NCBI GenBank assembly: GCA_050014195.1
Contig: JBEKDT010000005.1
Location: 96,001-160,000 of the forward strand
Length of the DNA: 64,000 nucleotides
Origin: Desulfomonilia bacterium
GTDB lineage: Bacteria > Desulfobacterota > Desulfomonilia > UBA1062
Direction: 5' to 3'
The notes beneath the pieces are model-generated. The model saw nothing but the letters and a program-made list of their open reading frames with translations. It made no database searches and had not been told where the DNA came from. Shown one piece after another: positions 19,841 through 28,064 of the stretch; position 1 is the first letter of the stretch; the number at the start of each line of letters is the position of its first letter. The translations under genes and the position numbers were made by a program.

Positions 19841-21150
19841 CGGACACTATCTATGCCGAGTCGACCCCCAGAGGTCACGGCGCTATCAGCATCATCCGCA
19901 TAAGCGGTGTGCATACGCTGGCCATCATTAAAAGGATCGGCTCACGGCCCAATCCTGTAGCCCATACCCAAACCTTTGCAATTATCCATAATCATGAAGG
20001 CGGCATTATTGACCAGGTTATGATAGCGTTCCATCCCGGCCCCAACTCCTATACCGGAGAGAATCTTGCTGAGATCAGCTGTCACGGCAACCCGCTGGTG
20101 GTGGACAGGATCATGGAGACAATCGCATTGACCGGCCTTGCCCGACTTGCTCACAAGGGGGAGTTCACCAGAAGGGCATTTCTGAACAACAAGATAGACC
20201 TCCTCCAGGCCGAGGCAGTAGGCGCATTGATAGGATCTTCAAGTTCTGCAGGCTGCGAGATGGCTCATGCCCTTCTGAAAGGTGCGCTCTCGGAGCGGAT
20301 CAAGGCCCTCATCACGGATCTTATAGGTATCCTTGCCGACATTGAGGCCTCCTTCATCACCGATGACTCATCAATCCGGCCCGATGAGCTGTTTCAAAGA
20401 CTTGAGGACGCCACCTCCCGAACCAAGGGGCTTCTCAAAGACGCCAATCAGGCCAAGGGGGTTTATAAAGGGATCGTTACAACCATTGCGGGGCTTCCGA
20501 ACGTGGGCAAATCCTCCCTCTTCAATGCTATTCTCGGATACGACAGGGCTATTGTCCATCATGAGGAGGGAACGACCCGGGATGTCATCAGGGAGCACCT
20601 GAGCCTGGACGGGATCGACTTCGTCTTCCACGACACCGCCGGCATCAGGGAAACCGCATCTGGCCCTGAACAGATAGGCGTGGAAAAGACCATTGAGACG
20701 TTGAAGGGCTCAGACCTTGTCCTGTACGTAGTGGATGTCCGGGAAGGAATCAAACCCCGGGAAAGACACATGCTCTCATTGGCAGACAAGACTATCGTAG
20801 TGATGAACAAGGTCGATCTCATCAAAGACACCCTTAAGCCTTTAGAGGGATATGATGCCGTAGCCGTCTCGGCAAAATTCGGACACGGCATTGATGAGCT
20901 TTTATCCGCCATGCGGCAGGCATTCCCCCATGACCAGCCTTTGGTGTTTCTGGACAGGCACGCGCACCTGCTCGGCAAGACCCTTGAGAGCCTTGAGTCA
21001 TGCTCAAAGGCCATTGCGGACGGTTTCACCGCAGACGTGCTCACCATTGATCTGAAGCAGGCCGTAGAGTATCTCAAACAAATGATGGGCGAGGCCGTTG
21101 ATGAGGATATCCTTGAGAGGATCTTCTCAAGTTTCTGCATCGGCAAATGA
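19840..21150 (+). CDS. mnmE: tRNA modification GTPase MnmE; conserved N-terminus begins at an ACG
   Basis: DTIYAESTPRGHGAISIIRISG lies in frame upstream of the GTG at 19909; SYTGE, GEFTRRAFLN, GLPNVGKSSL, DTAG, FCIGK. Confidence 0.93.
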   Translation, partial: TDTIYAESTPRGHGAISIIRISGVHTLAIIKRIGSRPNPVAHTQTFAIIHNHEGGIIDQVMIAFHPGPNSYTGENLAEISCHGNPLVVDRIMETIALTGLARLAHKGEFTRRAFLNNKIDLLQAEAVGALIGSSSSAGCEMAHALLKGALSERIKALITDLIGILADIEASFITDDSSIRPDELFQRLEDATSRTKGLLKDANQAKGVYKGIVTTIAGLPNVGKSSLFNAILGYDRAIVHHEEGTTRDVIREHLSLDGIDFVFHDTAGIRETASGPEQIGVEKTIETLKGSDLVLYVVDVREGIKPRERHMLSLADKTIVVMNKVDLIKDTLKPLEGYDAVAVSAKFGHGIDELLSAMRQAFPHDQPLVFLDRHAHLLGKTLESLESCSKAIADGFTADVLTIDLKQAVEYLKQMMGEAVDEDILERIFSSFCIGK

Positions 21151-21689
21151 TGGACGACAATCTCATAACATGGATTCATGAGCTGAGGCGTTTCAACGAC
21201 AAGCTCCATCTCATGGGCCCGGCCATGCTTAATGGCATCGAGCAGGAGCTTGAAGTCATGCTGCCGCTGCTGATGCGCATACATGAGCCTGTGCTTGCCG
21301 ATCTCGGCTCAGGGTCGGGCCTGCCTTCAATCCCCTACAAGATCCTCCACCCGGACTCACACCTCTACCTGATTGAGCGCAGTGTTAGAAAATGCACTTT
21401 CCTGCGTCATGTCATTGAGATACTCGCCTTGGAGGGAGTGGTCATCATCTCACGAGACCCCCTGCATGAGGATATCGGTCTGTTTGATGCCGTGCTTGCC
21501 CGGTCGTTCTCACCATTATCGACACTGACAGATGTCTGCCTCAAAATCCTTAAGCCAAACGGGAGACTTTATTACCTCTTCACCGGCAGCACACCTGAAT
21601 TGGCCCAAGACTTTCAGCCGGACGAGGTTATTTCGCATACGTGCGCAGGTTTTTCTCTGAACCTTGCAATCTTCAATCGCCTTCCCTGA
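21147..21689 (+). CDS. rsmG: 16S rRNA m7G527 methyltransferase, short form
   Basis: DLGSGSGLPSIP, IERSVRKCTFL, FDAVLARS; synteny. Confidence 0.85.
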   Translation: MMDDNLITWIHELRRFNDKLHLMGPAMLNGIEQELEVMLPLLMRIHEPVLADLGSGSGLPSIPYKILHPDSHLYLIERSVRKCTFLRHVIEILALEGVVIISRDPLHEDIGLFDAVLARSFSPLSTLTDVCLKILKPNGRLYYLFTGSTPELAQDFQPDEVISHTCAGFSLNLAIFNRLP

Positions 21690-22128
21690 TGATGGGTATC
21701 TTCCTCGAAGCGCTCACCATAGGCTTCGGTAAGACCACCTGCAAGACCCCTGCATGATAGCTCGCTTCGACGGAATCAAGTTCAACGACTTCCGGCAAGG
21801 TAAAGGACCTCTTAAAGAACCCGTATTGCCGCTCGATAGCATGAAAGCTTTCCGCCGTCTCTTCATGTTCAAAGGGTTTCCTGCCACTGATAGTGAGCAC
21901 CCCGTCAGTGATATCGAGCGTAATATCCTCACGTCTCACACCGGGCAGCTCGGCCTTGAGTGTCAGAGATACATCATCCTCGAAGATATCCACATAAGGT
22001 ATCCATTGGCCCGGACTACGGGAAATGCCGGTGTCCCTCAGATTCTCCTCAAAAATCCTGTTCATCCTTTCTTGAAGCATCAAGAGATCTTCTCCGGTCG
22101 GTGCCTTCTTGTAGTTCTGTATCGCCAT
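21673..22128 (-). CDS. Small heat shock protein, Hsp20
   Basis: PYVDIFE, AELPG, ERQYGFFKRSF, GVLQVVLPK. Confidence 0.93.
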   Translation of the reverse strand: MAIQNYKKAPTGEDLLMLQERMNRIFEENLRDTGISRSPGQWIPYVDIFEDDVSLTLKAELPGVRREDITLDITDGVLTISGRKPFEHEETAESFHAIERQYGFFKRSFTLPEVVELDSVEASYHAGVLQVVLPKPMVSASRKIPIIREGD

Positions 22129-22146
22129 GGATTTACCCCCAGCTCT

Positions 22147-23004
22147 TTATGGCAGCATAAGGTCAATATGGCCCGCAAGGGCCTTCTTCAGCTTGGTCTT
22201 CACATTATTCTCAATCTGCCGTACCCTTTCTTTGGAGATAGCATATTGCCTGCCCAGGTCTTCCAAGGTCAACGGGTTCTCGGCCATAAGTCGCTGGCGT
22301 GCGATATCCTGTTCGCGCGGGGTAAGCTTTTCAAGCGCGGATTCGATCTGGGTCTTCACAAAGGACGCCCGCTGTGACTCTATGACCCTGTCCTCGGGAT
22401 TGGACCTTGTGTCCACAAGGAAGTCCAGAAAGCTGCTGTCGCTGCCGTCGGTCATGGGGGTGTCAAGAGACTGATCCCTGTTCATGAGGCGTGATATGAT
22501 CTCCTCAATGGCGTGGGGATCTGCATCAAGCCTGGCTGAAAGGGCATTGGACTGCTCGGTTATGTGCTCATCCATAACATCTTCTTCTGCCGACATCCGG
22601 TTAAGCCCGTAGAAGAGCCTCTTCTGGAGCTTGGTTGTACCCAGCTTCACCTGGGAAAAAAATCTGAGAATATAGTCATGGATCATGGCCTTGATCCACC
22701 ATACGGCATAGGTCATGAGCCTATAACCTTTGCTGGGATCAAATTTTTTAACCGCAATCATCAAGCCGATAGTGCCTTCTTGCACGATATCCTCCAGGGG
22801 CAGCCCATAGCCTGAATAGTCCATCGCGATTCGGACGACATTTCGTAAGTTCGCAGTAATGAGCCGCTGGGCGGCATCGACATCACCATGCTCCTTTAAC
22901 CGGAGAGCGAGCTCGTATTCCTCTTCTTTGCTGAGCGAAGGCAGCCTGGCAAATCTCCCTATAAGGTTCGCAGTGGAATTACTTTGTATTGCTGGCAGTT
23001 GCAT
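22147..23004 (-). CDS. rpoH: RpoH (sigma-32) family sigma factor
   Basis: YSGYGLPLEDIVQEG, YAVWWIKA, RpoH box QKRLFYGL, SKERVRQIE. Confidence 0.88.
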   Translation of the reverse strand: MQLPAIQSNSTANLIGRFARLPSLSKEEEYELALRLKEHGDVDAAQRLITANLRNVVRIAMDYSGYGLPLEDIVQEGTIGLMIAVKKFDPSKGYRLMTYAVWWIKAMIHDYILRFFSQVKLGTTKLQKRLFYGLNRMSAEEDVMDEHITEQSNALSARLDADPHAIEEIISRLMNRDQSLDTPMTDGSDSSFLDFLVDTRSNPEDRVIESQRASFVKTQIESALEKLTPREQDIARQRLMAENPLTLEDLGRQYAISKERVRQIENNVKTKLKKALAGHIDLMLP

Positions 23005-23050
23005 TTTTCATTCATCTCCTTTTTATATGACCTAAATTCTCATAAAATTG

Positions 23051-23077
23051 TATCGATTCCAACAATCCGTATTTTTA
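23051..23077 (-). promoter_or_regulatory. Degenerate sigma-28-like motif upstream of rpoH
   Basis: Minus strand TAAAA-N16-TCGATA. Confidence 0.35.
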
Positions 23078-23091
23078 GATGAAAAAAAGGG

Positions 23092-23120
23092 TTGAAGGTT
23101 TCATCTATTCAAGGTAAATA
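23092..23120 (+). promoter_or_regulatory. Possible sigma-70 promoter of the lytic transglycosylase gene
   Basis: TTGAAG-17 nt-TAAATA. Confidence 0.35.
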
Positions 23121-23145
23121 ACAAAAACTTTGGAGGTTATCTAGG

Positions 23146-24720
23146 ATGAAGTCAATCAGGGCAACTCTCATATATACCCTTGCGTTTGCGTTGCTGGGAT
23201 GCTCATATACCCTCCACAACAAATATCCGCCGGAGCATCCGCCTAGTCCCGACCTGGACTTAAGCTCTATCCAGGAACCGGTGGCTCAAATAGAGCAACC
23301 TCTCATAGAAACCCCTCAACCCCAAGTACAAGAAAAACCCCAAGAAACGATACAGGAAACTCCAACTCCAAATGTGGATAAACCTGTTCATAAGAAAGTT
23401 ACCCCGGGAGGGAAAAAGACTTATAATACCGAGTATGAGATCAATTCACAGGTACAGCTCTGGGTTGACCGCCTATCCAACAAAGACCGCCAGGAATTCC
23501 AAAGTGCCCTAGCCAGGCTCGACAAGATACGTCCTGCCATGGAACAGATATTTGAGCAGCACGGAATCCCCAAGGAACTTGTGTACTTGTGTCTGGTGGA
23601 GAGCAACGCTAACCCCCATGCGGTCTCCTGCTCAGGCGCCACTGGCTACTGGCAGTTCATTCCGGATACTGCAAAAAAGTATGGCCTGCAGGTAAATAAG
23701 TATGTAGATGAGCGTAAAGACCTGGAGAAATCCACTCACGCTGCCGCACAGTATCTGAAGCATCTTTATTCCATATTCGGCGACTGGTATCTCTCCATTG
23801 CCGCATACAACGCAGGTGAAGGGGCTGTCTCAAGGCTCGTGAAAGGCAAGGGTGTCTACACATTCTGGGATATTAAAAATTCCATGGACATCAAACCTGA
23901 AACCATCGATTATGTGCCAAGGTACATCGCTACGGTCATCCTGGCCAAGAACCGCGAGGCTTATGGTCTGCGCAAATCCGAGCCAAGGCCGCTGCCGATC
24001 GCCTCTGATAAGGTGTATAGTCCCGGATATCTGGACGACATAGCCAAGGCAAGTGGTGGTCTTAAAGGGTCTATTGCTGAAAATAGCCCTGATGTCATTA
24101 CTGATACCATACCTACATCTATCAAAGATGCGAGAGAAAAGGTCCGGAAGAACTCAGGAAGATCATTAAAGCATGGTGCCGAGAGCCAGATGGATTCTTC
24201 CAAAGAATCCATACCCTACGTCACTCATACCATTCGCAAAAGTGAAACCCTGTATTCCCTTGCCAAGAAGCATTCCACCACGGTGGAGGCTATTGCAAGG
24301 GCGAACCGACTCTCTGTGCAACAGGGCTTGAAGGTGGGAAAAACCATTATCATTCCGGAAAGCCCTACCCATACCGCTATGAAAAAAGACGCCGGAGGGG
24401 ATCATGTCCATTTAGTGGCCAAGGGCGAGACCCTGAAAGGTATATCCAAAGAACATGGGATCTCAGTGGATGAGATCATTCGTGCGAACGATATCAAAGA
24501 CCCCGGCCTTATCCAACCCAAGACGGCCCTTGTCATCCCTGTTTCAGAAAGCAGACATGCCCTCAAAAAGGCTATGAAATACAAGGTGAAGAAAGGCGAT
24601 ACCCTCTGGGGGATCTCCAGACAGTTCGATGTCTCCACCATGGATATCCTGCGCTGGAACAGGCTCGCATCCGCAACCGAGATAAAACCCGGAGACAAGC
24701 TGACCATTTACCATCAATGA
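23146..24720 (+). CDS. MltD-like lytic murein transglycosylase lipoprotein with three LysM domains
   Basis: Lipobox LLGC, VES, ATGYWQF, AAYNAGEG, ETIDYVP; three LysM repeats. Confidence 0.9.
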   Translation: MKSIRATLIYTLAFALLGCSYTLHNKYPPEHPPSPDLDLSSIQEPVAQIEQPLIETPQPQVQEKPQETIQETPTPNVDKPVHKKVTPGGKKTYNTEYEINSQVQLWVDRLSNKDRQEFQSALARLDKIRPAMEQIFEQHGIPKELVYLCLVESNANPHAVSCSGATGYWQFIPDTAKKYGLQVNKYVDERKDLEKSTHAAAQYLKHLYSIFGDWYLSIAAYNAGEGAVSRLVKGKGVYTFWDIKNSMDIKPETIDYVPRYIATVILAKNREAYGLRKSEPRPLPIASDKVYSPGYLDDIAKASGGLKGSIAENSPDVITDTIPTSIKDAREKVRKNSGRSLKHGAESQMDSSKESIPYVTHTIRKSETLYSLAKKHSTTVEAIARANRLSVQQGLKVGKTIIIPESPTHTAMKKDAGGDHVHLVAKGETLKGISKEHGISVDEIIRANDIKDPGLIQPKTALVIPVSESRHALKKAMKYKVKKGDTLWGISRQFDVSTMDILRWNRLASATEIKPGDKLTIYHQ

Positions 24721-24860
24721 CCGTACCCTGCGGGTGATACCGGGCATGCCCATTCACGACGGGGCTGTTTATTGCCTTTGAAGACCCTGACAAAAAGGAA
24801 TTCAGGAAGGCGTATGCCCGGAATAATCGCCTGAATAATCGAAGGTATGTACCAAAGAAA

Positions 24861-24889
24861 TTGAAAACACCCGTGGTCACCTTTATAAT
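24861..24889 (+). promoter_or_regulatory. Sigma-70 promoter
   Basis: TTGAAA-17 nt-TATAAT; GAATAATCG direct repeat just upstream (24821, 24833). Confidence 0.55.
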
Positions 24890-24929
24890 GTATTACATAA
24901 TATCTTCATCATGCCGAGAAAGGAAACAT

Positions 24930-26240
24930 ATGAGAACGCATGTCTTATCTTTCATGATCACCGCTTTCATCCTCTCCTTATTACTATCCAACTCCGTCAG
25001 CTACGCTGACAGTTGGCAGCAAGCTTCTCTTCCCATAATTCAGGATCTCTATGCCGTGTGGGGTTCATCGGATGGGGATATCTATGCTGCCGGGGCAAGC
25101 GGTACGCTCATCCACTGGGATGGGAGCACTTGGCAGGAGATAACTACCAATACATCCAACGACCTGGCATCGCTGTGGGAACTGCCCAATATTGCAGTAT
25201 TCTCGGCAGGCGATCTAGGGACGATCTTCCTGAACGGCGGCACCGGGTGGCGTATGTTCACGCTTACCGACAGTCATCTCAATGCACTCTGGGGATCATC
25301 AGCAACAAATGTCTATGCCGTTGGGTCATTAGGAACTATCCTATCCTTTAACGGAACCTCATGGAAGGACGTGTCCCCATCTATAACAACCGGATTCGAC
25401 CTCTATTCCATCTGGGGCAGCACCGGGAATGACATATATGTCGGTGGGCAAGACGGGACAATGTACAACTATGACGGGACTACTTGGAAAGCCGTATTGA
25501 TACCGACCTCTCAGGATATCCGCGCCATCTGGGGGTCATCCGGCTCAGACATCTATGCCGCAGGTACGCTTGGAGATATTATCCACTATAATGGGAATCA
25601 ATGGTCACCTGTATATACAGCAAGCGGGAATCTTCTTACCTCTCTCTGGGGAAGCTCCTCCACCGACATCTTTGCAGCAGGGCAAAACGGTAAGATCTAC
25701 CACTATTACAATAACGGGGTGACCTTGAACTGGTATGATATTACCCCTACCATTTCCATCACGAATATCAATGCCGTCTGGGGAAGCACCTCGGGCAAGG
25801 TTTATTTTGCAGGCCAAGACGGCACGCTCCTCATCTATACCAGGCCCGACCACATCCCACCCGTGATCAATTTTTCCGAGATATCAAAGAATAATGACGG
25901 CACTGCCTATATATCGACCCCCATAACCTTTTTATTCTCCGAGAAGATGGATCCGGCGACCATCAACGCCTCAACAATTATCCTGAAATCGGGACCTAAC
26001 GTAGTCTCCAAACAGGTGAGCCTGTCCAGTGACGGCATGACCCTCAGCGTGAGCGGCGATGATGCATTCTCCACCCCCTATACCCTTACCGTCACAGGAG
26101 GCAGTAACGGCGTGAAAGACCTGGCAGGGAATGCTCTGGCATCAAGCTACTCGGTTTCTTTCACCACCGAGGCAAAACCCTCTTCCACAGGCAGTAGTGG
26201 CGGCGGCGGGGGCTGTTTCATCTCGTCAGCCCGGATGTAA
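24930..26240 (+). CDS. Secreted beta-propeller plus Ig-like (Big_5/SbsA-type) surface protein with a GGGGGCFI C-terminus
   Basis: Signal peptide; about 7 WGSSxxDIYAxG repeats; FSEKMDPATI, VKDLAGNAL; C-terminus GGGGGCFISSARM. Confidence 0.8.
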   Translation: MRTHVLSFMITAFILSLLLSNSVSYADSWQQASLPIIQDLYAVWGSSDGDIYAAGASGTLIHWDGSTWQEITTNTSNDLASLWELPNIAVFSAGDLGTIFLNGGTGWRMFTLTDSHLNALWGSSATNVYAVGSLGTILSFNGTSWKDVSPSITTGFDLYSIWGSTGNDIYVGGQDGTMYNYDGTTWKAVLIPTSQDIRAIWGSSGSDIYAAGTLGDIIHYNGNQWSPVYTASGNLLTSLWGSSSTDIFAAGQNGKIYHYYNNGVTLNWYDITPTISITNINAVWGSTSGKVYFAGQDGTLLIYTRPDHIPPVINFSEISKNNDGTAYISTPITFLFSEKMDPATINASTIILKSGPNVVSKQVSLSSDGMTLSVSGDDAFSTPYTLTVTGGSNGVKDLAGNALASSYSVSFTTEAKPSSTGSSGGGGGCFISSARM

Positions 26241-26270
26241 TCAAACCCGATCGTAAAAAGTTCACCCTAC

Positions 26271-26310
26271 CCGACAAGCTCCCTGCAAGTTCCATATCTT
26301 CGGCTGTCGG
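26271..26310. terminator. Imperfect hairpin between convergent genes
   Basis: CCGACA(A)GC ... GCTGTCGG. Confidence 0.3.
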
Positions 26311-26318
26311 ATAAACCG

Positions 26319-28064
26319 CTACCAGGCCAGCACTTTCATCCCTGAAGCTGCGAGATAGGCCGTGATATCCTTATCGATATTCTTTAAGAGGATGACATTG
26401 CCGCCCAACTGAAGACCCGGGATCTCCAGTTCAGTCCTGCCCTGGGCCACCGTCATCTTCAGCGGGGGTCCCTCAAACTCAAGGCCGATTTTTTTCAGCA
26501 CCTCATCGAGTTGCATCGAGTTCATATTTAACACCTCAAATGACTGCTGCCCGAGCATGGCAACCATATCCTGTCCAGGCATGACATCGGTGAGTATCAC
26601 ATTGCCCAAAAGAACCGGGGCCTTGTAGGATATCTTGACCACGCCGCCTTTTGTCAGGGCAATCTCCTTGTTCGTCTCAAAAGGGATCTTGAGGCGATTG
26701 AAAAGCACAGGATATGAATGCTTCAGGTCGACAACTTGTATGGGTTTTTTTTGTGCCCTTCCGGGATCTTTTCCGCCGATCTCAATGAGATCTATACCGA
26801 AGTGCCCTGCATAGCTCCTGATGGCAGAAGGTGTCTTTTGTTCCTCATTGCCTAGGAGATTGACAACGAACACATTACGCCGGGAAAAGTCCTTATATAC
26901 GATCCACTTGCCGAAAAATCTGAGCTTCTCTTCTGATCCAACAAGGAGCGGGCTTGCGTCTTTATTGATAGAGAAGTACCCGGATACATTTAAGACCTTA
27001 TCCATGAGCCCTTCCAGGTCCCTTTGCGATCCGGAGATGATGGTGAAGGATGGGAATGCCTTTTCGATAAACCCTTTCATTTCCGGAGTGATCTGAGCGT
27101 TCAAATCAAAGATGATCTTTCTGCCTGTATCCAACTCCATGACCGGGACCTCGGAGGTATTGATAGACATGCTGGTGCCGCCCGTGACGGGCATGTAATA
27201 GGTGCCTTTGTCTCTCTGTGTACCGCCCAGTGCCTTCAATGCCGGGAGAACCGATCCCTTGACCACCCTGAGATCCTGAAATTCTCCCGCTTTTGCAGTT
27301 TTTGTGCTGGCCCCCTGGTTTATTGATGGTGCCGGTGTGGCTGCTTGGGCTTGGGGAGAGACGGATGCCGAGATATCTTCCCTGTCATGAGATTTTGTTG
27401 CTGCGACTTCAGGAAAAGGAAGAGGGGTGGGCTTATTCTCCGGCCGCACACCGGAGGTGGTCGCTGAAACAGGGGAGCTCGGTAGGGTCGGAGTCTGTGC
27501 GTGATTTGCAGCAGTCAACACCTGCTTGATTTCAGGAAGCCTGAGCTTTTGACCTGGTATTATGAGATTAGGATTAGTGATCTCGGGGTTTAATTTCTTA
27601 ACAAGGCCTATATATTCATGGAAGATACGCTCATCAGAGGCACCATAGATTTTCCTGAGAATCTTGGCGAGATATTCACCCTGTTGAATTACATATTCAT
27701 TGGAAGAAACCTCCTTTACTTCAAATTCCTCCCGGGGCTGAGGCTTCTGCGCCTCCTGAATAGTCTTCGCATCACCTCTCATCGGGATCATGATCTTGGT
27801 GTCTGCAGGGATGTAGTCAAGGTCTGCTATGGAGGGATTTTCCTGTCTGAACCGTTTATAGAGATATGGCAGGTCTTCCTCCTTAGCCTTGTATCCCTCC
27901 ATCAGGATCTTCCGCAAGGTGTCGCCTTCCCTGACCACATACTCGTTTGAAGGAAGCGTTTTGGCTCTCCTGGCATGTTTGACCAGCGTGATGTCCGCGG
28001 CTAAGGCACTCAGCGAGAAGGCGATCAAGGCCGCCAGGAGTACGGCCGTGCGGACATGCATCAA
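26319..28064 (-). CDS. Exported LysM-domain protein
   Basis: Signal peptide; YVVREGDTL and YVIQQGEYL..LNPEITNPNLIIPGQKL; Pro-rich linker. Confidence 0.75.
   Translation of the reverse strand: MMHVRTAVLLAALIAFSLSALAADITLVKHARRAKTLPSNEYVVREGDTLRKILMEGYKAKEEDLPYLYKRFRQENPSIADLDYIPADTKIMIPMRGDAKTIQEAQKPQPREEFEVKEVSSNEYVIQQGEYLAKILRKIYGASDERIFHEYIGLVKKLNPEITNPNLIIPGQKLRLPEIKQVLTAANHAQTPTLPSSPVSATTSGVRPENKPTPLPFPEVAATKSHDREDISASVSPQAQAATPAPSINQGASTKTAKAGEFQDLRVVKGSVLPALKALGGTQRDKGTYYMPVTGGTSMSINTSEVPVMELDTGRKIIFDLNAQITPEMKGFIEKAFPSFTIISGSQRDLEGLMDKVLNVSGYFSINKDASPLLVGSEEKLRFFGKWIVYKDFSRRNVFVVNLLGNEEQKTPSAIRSYAGHFGIDLIEIGGKDPGRAQKKPIQVVDLKHSYPVLFNRLKIPFETNKEIALTKGGVVKISYKAPVLLGNVILTDVMPGQDMVAMLGQQSFEVLNMNSMQLDEVLKKIGLEFEGPPLKMTVAQGRTELEIPGLQLGGNVILLKNIDKDITAYLAASGMKVLAW

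Noticed and set aside
25030-25830. Periodic TGGGG-containing repeats
   Set aside because: Explained by the WGSS propeller repeats of the CDS.
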